A DNA stretch of 32,000 nt, from assembly GCF_000007985.2 (NCBI RefSeq), contig NC_002939.5:1140001-1172000 (forward strand). Reading direction: 5' to 3'. Position numbers and translations under genes: made by a program. The notes under the pieces were generated by a model that searched no databases, had not been told where the DNA came from, and worked only from the letters and a program-made list of their open reading frames with translations. Shown here in pieces: positions 8,526-15,912 of the stretch (the first letter of the stretch is position 1; the number at the start of each line of letters is the position of its first letter). The stretch comes from Geobacter sulfurreducens PCA (lineage in GTDB: Bacteria > Desulfobacterota > Desulfuromonadia > Geobacterales > Geobacteraceae).

Positions 8526-9287
8526 GTGAATGAACGAGTATGGGCAGTCAATGGGGGTACGATGGCGGTGAACTGGTGGACGTTGCGGATTCTGGTTGCA
8601 GTGGCCGCGTCGCTATGGCTGATTGCCGATGCTTCGGCCATGTCGGCCTTTGCCAGAAAATACGGCATGCAGTGTGATGGGTGCCATTCCAGGATTCCGA
8701 AACTCAATGAGTTCGGGACGGCCTTTCTCAAGAATGGTTTTGCCATCCCCGCCGGCGCGCATCCCCCGGTGTCGGCGGCCCGCAAGCCTGAGAGCGAAAT
8801 AGAGCCGATGGCATCGACACCGGTCCCTCGCGAATCTCGTGAGCCGGCCGCCAGCGCCGCTCCGGCCGGGAGTCCCGAAGGGGTGGTCGCCTCCGCCCCG
8901 TCAGCGGAACCGCTTCCGGAACAGACGGCTACCGAGCCCCCTCCCCCGCCGCCCCCCATGGTGCTGTACAAGCTGAAGGCGCGGGACGGAAGCGCATATT
9001 ACACCGATAACCCCCGAGCCGCCGCTGACCTGCAGGAGCCGGCCGCAGCGCCGGCACGTAAGGCCGCCGGCAGGACGCACGGCAAAGCGGTGCCGGAAGC
9101 GAAGGCCCCGGCGCGCCGTCGGTCGCCGGTTGCGCCGGATGCCGCCCCGCCACTCTTTCGGAGTTTTTCTGAATGCATGGAACATCAGCTGGTTGATACG
9201 CCTCCGCCTGGCTCCGCCGGTGAGATGATGGACCTGCTCACTGAGGCGGAGCGGGTCTGTGCCGGCTATCCAGCGGTAAAACGCTGA
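8526..9287 (+). CDS. secreted monoheme c-type cytochrome-like protein with Ala/Pro-rich linker and DUF4124-like module
   Basis: Signal peptide WWTLRILVAVAASLWLIADASA. One CxxCH site (YGMQCDGCHS). Low-complexity A/P/E region. LYKLKARDGSAYYTDNP resembles the DUF4124 motif. The true start may be the ATG at 8562. Confidence 0.7.
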   Translation: MNERVWAVNGGTMAVNWWTLRILVAVAASLWLIADASAMSAFARKYGMQCDGCHSRIPKLNEFGTAFLKNGFAIPAGAHPPVSAARKPESEIEPMASTPVPRESREPAASAAPAGSPEGVVASAPSAEPLPEQTATEPPPPPPPMVLYKLKARDGSAYYTDNPRAAADLQEPAAAPARKAAGRTHGKAVPEAKAPARRRSPVAPDAAPPLFRSFSECMEHQLVDTPPPGSAGEMMDLLTEAERVCAGYPAVKR

Positions 9288-9440
9288 GTGCCGCGCTGGG
9301 AACGCCCTGCAGTGACCTCCGGCCATATGCCCGCTTCGAGGGGCATGACGCCGCATGTTTTTCATAGTATGGTGCCGATGCCTCTCGTTTGGTTCCTTCG
9401 CATCCCCTGCCTTATGTGCAGGCTGCGCTCCCCGGCGGTT

Positions 9441-9456
9441 TGGCATGGGCGTTGCT
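9441..9456 (+). promoter_or_regulatory. sigma54 (-24/-12) promoter TGGCAT-N5-TTGCT
   Basis: tTGGCATgggcgTTGCTg matches TGGCAC-N5-TTGCW with correct spacing, 69 nt upstream of the first minor-pilin gene. Confidence 0.6.
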
Positions 9457-9524
9457 GCACATGGTAGTGGGGTATTGTTGCGGGGCAAGATGAAGTCAAA
9501 AAGACGGAAATCGGGGCCAAGGAA

Positions 9525-9941
9525 ATGACGAAGTCGGGAGAGATGATCAAGGGATATCTTTCGAACCGGCAGGGCATGAGTCTCGTGGAGATGCTCATTG
9601 CGCTGCTGATTCTGGTGGTCGGCTTTCTGTCGGTCATCATGGTCCTCTGGATGTCGATCAATTCCGGCAGGTTCACACGCGACATGACCATGGCGGCCAG
9701 TCTCGGCCAGGATATGCTGGAGCGGTTCACGGCCCGCAGTTATGGTTCGCTGCCTGCCACCGGGGGGGCTTTTGAACCCTATACCACCGCCAATGCCTCA
9801 GCAGTGGGGTATGTCAGGGAGGTGAAGGTGGAGGACAATGTCCCTGATGTGGGGATCAAGACCGTTACGGTCAGGGTCAGGTGGAACAGCAACGGCCACG
9901 AAAGATCGAGAACGTTCACCATGCTGAAGCGGGACTACTAG
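9525..9941 (+). CDS. pilV: type IV pilus minor pilin, PilV-like (prepilin N-terminal cleavage/methylation domain)
   Basis: NRQG/MSLVEMLIALLILVVGFL has Gly at -1 and Glu at +5 followed by a hydrophobic helix. 138 aa. Confidence 0.8.
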   Translation: MTKSGEMIKGYLSNRQGMSLVEMLIALLILVVGFLSVIMVLWMSINSGRFTRDMTMAASLGQDMLERFTARSYGSLPATGGAFEPYTTANASAVGYVREVKVEDNVPDVGIKTVTVRVRWNSNGHERSRTFTMLKRDY

Positions 9942-9949
9942 AGGCGGCG

Positions 9950-11026
9950 ATGACGGTATTCCGGTCTGGTGGCACAAAGGGGTACAGCCTTGTTGAGGTG
10001 CTGGTGGTGATCGTGATCTTCGCGATTATCACGGCCGGCGTTTCAGCAGTGTTCCTTCGCGGGCAGCACGAATACCTTGTTCGGGAGGAGGCCGTCCGGA
10101 TGCAGCAGCAAGCCCGGCTGGCCATGACCGCCATGGAGCGGGACCTGCGGATGACAGGCTATGGCCTGAGCGATGTGGGTAATCTGAAGATACGGTTCTA
10201 CAACAAGGGGGTCGGCACGGTTACCGACAATTACTACGCGGTTGCCGAGGCAAACGTCTTCGGCTCCCCCAAGGTGGCAGTGCCGGCGGCGGATACCGAT
10301 TCCATCGCCATCCGTTATTGCGATCAGCCCTCCGACGCGATGCCGGACATTACCCTGTCAGGAAGTGTCCCGCCGCCATCGTCGAGCAATACCCCGGTCA
10401 GCTCGACCGACGGGATTAACGCTAACGACCTGATCATCATCTACGATCCCACTGATCTTGCCAAGTACGGCTCAATCCTGATGGTAACGGATACGACGTC
10501 CGCCGGCGGATTGTCGGTCAAACACGGCAACGGAGCGGGCGACGGGCCATTGGCCTCCTTCTACAATCCGTCCAACCCTGCCGTCAACCTGTTTCCACCG
10601 GGCGGCTATCCGGTCGGAGCCAAGGTGCTGAGACTGGCCCCCGAGGCCCTCCGCACCGTGAGGTACTACGTGGATGCCGGCATGAACCTGCGCCGGCAGT
10701 CACAGGCCGGCCTGACCGGCGCAGTGGAGGAGCGGCCGGTCGCCTCGGGGATCGAGGATTTTCAGGTCAAATATTACTTCCGGGATGGTACGTGGCTCGA
10801 TGCCCCCGTCACCGACGATCCCGACCATGACGTCGACAAGCTGCGGGCGGTGCGGATCAGCATTATCGTGCGAACGGCAAAGCCTGACCGACAGTACGGG
10901 GCCGGAGATTCGATCCGGCTCACCGGAGACGACGGCAACGGTGTGGCCCGGAGCGGGGGAGGGTACCGCCGGATGGTGATGAGCACGACAATCTCGCTGC
11001 GAAACCTTGCCGTCAGGGATATGTGA
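9950..11026 (+). CDS. pilW: type IV pilus assembly protein PilW-like minor pilin
   Basis: GGTKG/YSLVEVLVVIVIFAIITAG prepilin motif. The size (358 aa) and the position after PilV fit PilW. Start chosen at ATG 9950 rather than the track's 9881. Confidence 0.75.
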   Translation: MTVFRSGGTKGYSLVEVLVVIVIFAIITAGVSAVFLRGQHEYLVREEAVRMQQQARLAMTAMERDLRMTGYGLSDVGNLKIRFYNKGVGTVTDNYYAVAEANVFGSPKVAVPAADTDSIAIRYCDQPSDAMPDITLSGSVPPPSSSNTPVSSTDGINANDLIIIYDPTDLAKYGSILMVTDTTSAGGLSVKHGNGAGDGPLASFYNPSNPAVNLFPPGGYPVGAKVLRLAPEALRTVRYYVDAGMNLRRQSQAGLTGAVEERPVASGIEDFQVKYYFRDGTWLDAPVTDDPDHDVDKLRAVRISIIVRTAKPDRQYGAGDSIRLTGDDGNGVARSGGGYRRMVMSTTISLRNLAVRDM

Positions 11027-11039
11027 AAAGGGAGATGCG

Positions 11040-11558
11040 ATGGTCCGTCCGCTGACAAACAACCGGGGAGCCGCCCTGGCGCTGGCCCTTGTTCTGATGG
11101 TGGTTCTTTCCCTGATGGTGGCGATCCTGTATCGGACAACCCTCATGGATATGCTCTTCAGCACCCATTACCAGGAATCACAGAAGGCTTTTTTTGCCGC
11201 TGAATCCGGGGTGAAGGCAGGCTTGGCGTGGCTGGCGAACCAGGGTTCCGCGCCTGAAAACCAGCTTAACCCGGCCCCGTGGTTCAGCAACACCACTACC
11301 TCCCGACCGACCGCAGCCACTGTATGGAGCGATGACGAGCCGGTCACGGCAGACGGAGTGGTGAGCGGCAGATTTCGCTACTACATCCAGCACCTGAAGA
11401 ACGCACCCGCCTCCTATGCGGGGGGCGAGAGCGCCAAGCAGGGGACATCCACATCGGCCGGGGCGATGGTTCACTACTACCGGATTACGTCCGAAGGTGA
11501 AAACAGGAACGCCACCGTCACGAGGCAAATCCAGGTGGTCACCACTGCGGCCTATTAG
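11040..11558 (+). CDS. pilX: PilX-like pilus assembly protein (PilX N-terminal domain)
   Basis: NNRGAALALALVLMVVLSLMVAILY hydrophobic N-terminus without Glu at +5, as in PilX_N. 172 aa. Start at ATG 11040 after aaaggga. Confidence 0.65.
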   Translation: MVRPLTNNRGAALALALVLMVVLSLMVAILYRTTLMDMLFSTHYQESQKAFFAAESGVKAGLAWLANQGSAPENQLNPAPWFSNTTTSRPTAATVWSDDEPVTADGVVSGRFRYYIQHLKNAPASYAGGESAKQGTSTSAGAMVHYYRITSEGENRNATVTRQIQVVTTAAY

Positions 11559-11568
11559 GAAGCCTGCC

Positions 11569-14500
11569 ATGAGCACCGACAATACGACTCTCAGGAAATT
11601 TGCCCTGCTGGCTGCGGCGATGGCCTTTGCCGGAATCGTCGCTTCCCTGGCACTGGCAGCGGTCTCGCAGATCCCTCTGTTCCTGCTCAATATCTCCCAG
11701 CCCAATGTCATGATCCTGCTCGACAACTCGGGCAGCATGGACATCATCATGCAGCACTCGGCGTTCGATCCCACTGCCCGTTACAGCGGCGGGTTCGACA
11801 ACGATCGGACCTACTATCAGACAACCAGTAACGGCTATCACTATCTGTCGACCGGAAACGACTATATCCGGGACGACAAAAAGGGCAACTTCACTAAAAA
11901 CAGCGTCACCATCAAGCTTCCGCTTCCCTATGACGATACCCGCTGGGACGGGAACTATCTCAACTGGCTGTTTTATCATGCGACATCGAGCCAGCGCAGC
12001 ACGGTGAGCACGGATGCAACGCTCCAGAAAACCCGGATCCAGACGGCGCGAGGGGTCATCAGCAATCTGGTCAAGACCGTGTCAGGCGTCAGGTTCGGGC
12101 TGGCGAAACTGAATGTGGACGGCTATGACAGGTTCGACAGGAAGCAGACTGACGGCGGGAGCATTGTCAGAAACTGCGGCGACCTGACCTCGGCCAACGT
12201 CGATACGAGCGTGAGCGGGATCAGCGCCGAAACCTGGACCCCCCTGGGCGAGGCCTTGTCGGAGGTCTGGCAGTACTTCAAAGGGGGGACCTCTCTCTAT
12301 AACACCGGCGTTTCCTATACGAGCCCCATCACCTCCAGTTGCCAGAAGAGCTTCACCATTGTGGTGACCGATGGCGAGCCGACCTATGACGGCTGCTACC
12401 GTGGAGACTTCAGCTCCTACGGGTGCGACAACGCCGCGGATGCCGACAGCCACCTGGCCGATGTGGCCGCCCATATGAACGGCAGCGACGCAACCTCAGC
12501 CTATGGCGGCACCCAGAGCGTCACCACCTACACCATTGGCATGACCATTGACAGCAGCCTGCTCCGGACCACCGCCGAGAACGGCGGCGGCTCCTACTAT
12601 ACCACCACGTCGGGCATGGACCTGGCAACGGCTCTCCAGAACGCCGTCAACGAGATCCTCGGCAGACAGTCTTCCGCCAGCGCCGTGGCGGTCAGCACCG
12701 CATATCTCACCTCAAACACCACGCTCTACCGGGCCCGGTTCGATTCGACCGACTGGAGCGGCTACCTGGAGGCCTACGGCATCAACAAGGCAAACGGTGC
12801 CGTTACCGGCTATCCCAATTCGCCGAAGTGGGAGGCCGGGGCGCTGCTGAATGCCAATTCCGCCCGCACTGTCTATACTGCCGGCGTCCAATCGGGAGTG
12901 TACCGGCGGGTCGACTTTACCTCCACCAATGCAGCCACCCTTGCTCCTGCCGGGTTCATGAATTTCTCGTCGGCAAGCACCGCGTCCATGATCGGCTACG
13001 TGCGGGGCGACGTCGAACCGGCCGGTTATCGGCATCGGGCGAGCAAGCTCGGCGACATGGTCCAGTCGGCTCCGGTCATTCTCGGGCCGCCGGACGGTTA
13101 CTACAGCGACAACAACTACGCCACGTTCAAGCGAAACAACGCCACGCGCCAGTCGCTGATCCTAGCCGGGGCCAACGACGGGATGCTGCACGCGTTCAAT
13201 GCCGACACCGGTGCCGAGGAGTGGGCCTTTATTCCGAATATTCTCCTGCCCAAGCTGAAACTGCTCCGTGCCACCCCGTATACTCACACCAACTACGTCA
13301 ACGGCGCGATCACGGTGGGCGATGCGTTCATTACCGCCAAAGGCCTCGACGGCAAGTCCGAAACATCGTCTTCCTGGCGTACCATTGCGGTCTGCGGCCT
13401 GCGGGAGGGAGGCAAGGGCTATTTCGCCCTGGATGTGACCGACGCCGCCAACCCGATTCCCCTCTGGGAGATCACCAATACTTCACCAAGCGAAACGAGC
13501 GGTACAGTGGTGGGGCTGGGATACTCCTTCGGCACCCCCCTGATCGTCAAACTCAAGGATAGTTCCCAGTCGGGCGGCTTCCGCTGGGTTGCGCTGCTGG
13601 CCAACGGTTACGAGGGGACCACCTCGGGGCGTGCCGCCACCCTGATTGTGGCTGACCTGGCAACGGGTGCGGTCATTCGGGAAATCGTCGCGGACGCGAG
13701 CACCTTCAGCGGCGTCTCGCCCAACGGCCTCGCCACGCCGGCCGCCATTGACAGGGATGCCGATGGCTTTGTGGACTATGTGTATGCCGGAGATTTGACC
13801 GGCCACCTCTGGAAGTTCGACCTCTCCAGCAGTAACAGCAACAACTGGGACGTGGTCTGGAAACGCTCGGGGACTCCCGTGGCCCTGTGCCGGGCGAAAA
13901 CTGCCGCCGGCAGCGTCCAGCCGATCACCACGGCCCCCGACGTGGTTCTGCGCGGCGGCTACCAGATCGTCTTTTTCGGTACCGGCAAATACTATGAGTC
14001 CACGGACATCTCATCTACCCAGCCCCAGACCTTTTATGGGGCCTACGATTACAACAGCACCACCACTCCCACCAGTGCCCAGGCCACTAACGGGGCCCTG
14101 CTCACCCGCGCCGACCTGACCGCCCAGACGGTTACCAGGATTGACGAGAGCGGAACCAGTTGGCGCACCTCGTCGAACAATCCGATCGGCCTGACCAAGG
14201 GATGGTATCTGGACCTCCCCGTGGCCGGGGAGCGGGTGATCACCGACCCGGTGGCCCGGTCGCGCAAGATCATCTTCACCACCTTCATCCCCAATACCGA
14301 TGCCTGCAGCTTCGGCGGGATCAGCTGGCTCATGGAACTGAACATGGACACCGGCGGGGAAGTGGTCAGGCCGGTATTCGATGTGAATCTGGACGGGAAG
14401 GTGGATTATAGCGACACGGTACTCGGAGATCTCAAGGTGAAGCCCACCGGCACCCTCCTGGGGGACGGTCTCGCATCGACGCCTGCCATCGTGGGGGCCG

Positions 14501-14613
14501 GAGATGAGCACGAGTACAAGTACATCACCAAGACCACGGGGGAAATCATCAAACTGCTGGAGGGGGGCGGGCATAGCCAGATCGGCCTGCGAAGCTGGCG
14601 CCAGCTCAAGTGA
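11569..14613 (+). CDS. pilY1: PilY1-like pilus tip adhesin/assembly protein with N-terminal vWA domain
   Basis: Signal anchor FALLAAAMAFAGIVASLALA. vWA MIDAS motif LLDNSGSMD (11722-11736). The C-terminal region has GDMVQSAPV, NDGMLHAF and the Ca-loop DRDADGFVD followed by GDLTGHLWKFDL. Start at ATG 11569 with SD aggaag. Confidence 0.88.
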   Translation: MSTDNTTLRKFALLAAAMAFAGIVASLALAAVSQIPLFLLNISQPNVMILLDNSGSMDIIMQHSAFDPTARYSGGFDNDRTYYQTTSNGYHYLSTGNDYIRDDKKGNFTKNSVTIKLPLPYDDTRWDGNYLNWLFYHATSSQRSTVSTDATLQKTRIQTARGVISNLVKTVSGVRFGLAKLNVDGYDRFDRKQTDGGSIVRNCGDLTSANVDTSVSGISAETWTPLGEALSEVWQYFKGGTSLYNTGVSYTSPITSSCQKSFTIVVTDGEPTYDGCYRGDFSSYGCDNAADADSHLADVAAHMNGSDATSAYGGTQSVTTYTIGMTIDSSLLRTTAENGGGSYYTTTSGMDLATALQNAVNEILGRQSSASAVAVSTAYLTSNTTLYRARFDSTDWSGYLEAYGINKANGAVTGYPNSPKWEAGALLNANSARTVYTAGVQSGVYRRVDFTSTNAATLAPAGFMNFSSASTASMIGYVRGDVEPAGYRHRASKLGDMVQSAPVILGPPDGYYSDNNYATFKRNNATRQSLILAGANDGMLHAFNADTGAEEWAFIPNILLPKLKLLRATPYTHTNYVNGAITVGDAFITAKGLDGKSETSSSWRTIAVCGLREGGKGYFALDVTDAANPIPLWEITNTSPSETSGTVVGLGYSFGTPLIVKLKDSSQSGGFRWVALLANGYEGTTSGRAATLIVADLATGAVIREIVADASTFSGVSPNGLATPAAIDRDADGFVDYVYAGDLTGHLWKFDLSSSNSNNWDVVWKRSGTPVALCRAKTAAGSVQPITTAPDVVLRGGYQIVFFGTGKYYESTDISSTQPQTFYGAYDYNSTTTPTSAQATNGALLTRADLTAQTVTRIDESGTSWRTSSNNPIGLTKGWYLDLPVAGERVITDPVARSRKIIFTTFIPNTDACSFGGISWLMELNMDTGGEVVRPVFDVNLDGKVDYSDTVLGDLKVKPTGTLLGDGLASTPAIVGAGDEHEYKYITKTTGEIIKLLEGGGHSQIGLRSWRQLK

Positions 14614-14618
14614 CGGCG

Positions 14619-15827
14619 CTACATGATCGAGAAGTTGGTGTGGATGGTCCGCTGCAGGTCCTCGATCCGGAGCAGGGCCTGACGGATCGCTTCACGCTCT
14701 TCGGCTGGGAGGGTATAGGGATTCAGGTAGTAGGAGCTCTTCTGAATCCCCTTGATGACCTTGATCTGAAGAAGAATCCGGTGGCGGGTGAGTACCTCAT
14801 AGGCTTCCACGAGTCCGTTAGCAAACGAGGGAGAGAAACTCCCCTCCCGGGCCAGGTGCTCAATCCGTTTCACGGTATTGGTGGCCGGCACCCCCTGGTT
14901 GATGGCAAGGATGCGCACGTTCATCACCAGCGGCGCCCAGGCCAGCAGCTTCAGGTTGAACTCCCCCTTGTGCTCCCCCGATCCCTCGGTCCAGAGTCGT
15001 TTGAGAAATCCCAGAGCCAGCTTCATTTCCGTGGCTGCCTTGGCCATGCCCCAGAGCACCTGGAAATAATCCTTTTCCAACGCCCTGATGGTGGCGATGA
15101 GTGTCGCCGCCAGGTCCCGGTCGCCGGCCACGTGCCGCGCGTCGGAGATCACGATCAGATCCATGAGATTCTTGGCGTAGTCCTCGTATTCGTAGCGGAC
15201 GATGGCCAGAAGCTTGCGCCGCCATTGGGAGAGCGAGCCGCGCCATGTGGGGTTCGACGGCATGATGTCGCCGGTGCACTTCTTGAACCCGATCTGTGCC
15301 AGTCGCTCCACGATCAGCTCCGAGAACTCCCGGAACCATTCATCGGCTGCCTCACCGCCCCCGTCCCCATAAACAATCAGGTAATCCTGGTCCGTGATGA
15401 GGGTCTGCTCCTCACGGCCGTCGCTTCCCATGCTGCAGAGGGCATAGGGGCACGGGGCACGGCCGCGACCGTCGTGCTCCATTTCGTCTTCAGCCAGGGC
15501 GAGGGCTCGATCGGCCAGGATGTCCCGGTATTCCGTACAATTGGCGTGCAGAGCCGACACGGAGCTGATGGCGAGGAATCGTTCCATTTCCAGCACGTTC
15601 AGTTCGTCATGGATGGCCCGCAACTGCTCGTAATCGGATTCGTGGCGAATCCGGTCGTGGAGTTCGCGCTCGTGGGAAGCAAACCCTTCCGTTGCCCGCA
15701 ACTCACGGGCGAACATCTCCCGCAATTCCGCCAGTACCGGAGCCACTTCCTCCCGGTCCAGAAACCGGACGAAATCCTTGATCCGATCAGTAATGGCGGC
15801 TATGTGCTGTTCGACGCTCTGGGGCAT
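14619..15827 (-). CDS. DUF294-type putative nucleotidyltransferase (GlnD-like NTase plus DUF294_C substrate-binding domain), lacking cNMP/CBS sensor modules
   Basis: GSDGREEQTLITDQDYLIVY fits the polymerase-beta NTase G-S...D-x-D motif, followed by a helical C-terminal domain. Start chosen at MPQSVEQ (15827). The track's longer ORF would run through the actP terminator. Confidence 0.7.
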   Translation of the reverse strand: MPQSVEQHIAAITDRIKDFVRFLDREEVAPVLAELREMFARELRATEGFASHERELHDRIRHESDYEQLRAIHDELNVLEMERFLAISSVSALHANCTEYRDILADRALALAEDEMEHDGRGRAPCPYALCSMGSDGREEQTLITDQDYLIVYGDGGGEAADEWFREFSELIVERLAQIGFKKCTGDIMPSNPTWRGSLSQWRRKLLAIVRYEYEDYAKNLMDLIVISDARHVAGDRDLAATLIATIRALEKDYFQVLWGMAKAATEMKLALGFLKRLWTEGSGEHKGEFNLKLLAWAPLVMNVRILAINQGVPATNTVKRIEHLAREGSFSPSFANGLVEAYEVLTRHRILLQIKVIKGIQKSSYYLNPYTLPAEEREAIRQALLRIEDLQRTIHTNFSIM

Positions 15828-15847
15828 CTTTCGGGCGCTCCGAAGGT

Positions 15848-15876
15848 AAAAAAAGGGGGAAGGCTGACCTTCCCCC
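15848..15876 (-). terminator. intrinsic terminator of actP copy 1
   Basis: Minus strand reads gggggaagg-tcag-ccttccccc followed by ttttttt, 36 nt after the stop. Confidence 0.8.
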
Positions 15877-15912
15877 AGAGTGTAACACAATGTTTGATTT
15901 GTTGACAGTCCG

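Noticed and set aside
9330-9358. Hairpin atgccc-gcttcgag-gggcat downstream of the cytochrome-like gene, considered as a terminator.
   Set aside because: The stem is only 6 bp and the T-run (9358-9362) is 11 nt away from it, so this is not convincing as an intrinsic terminator.
11416-11568. 5' extensions of track ORFs: 11416 for pilY1, 9881 for pilW, 11007 for pilX, 22997 for yebC, 23848 for ruvC, 25999 for hda, 27011 for PEP-CTERM, 16016 for the NTase, and 8453 for the aminotransferase.
   Set aside because: The extensions overlap upstream genes or terminators and encode Arg/Pro-rich junk. Internal ATGs coincide with canonical family N-termini or signal peptides and have SD sequences.
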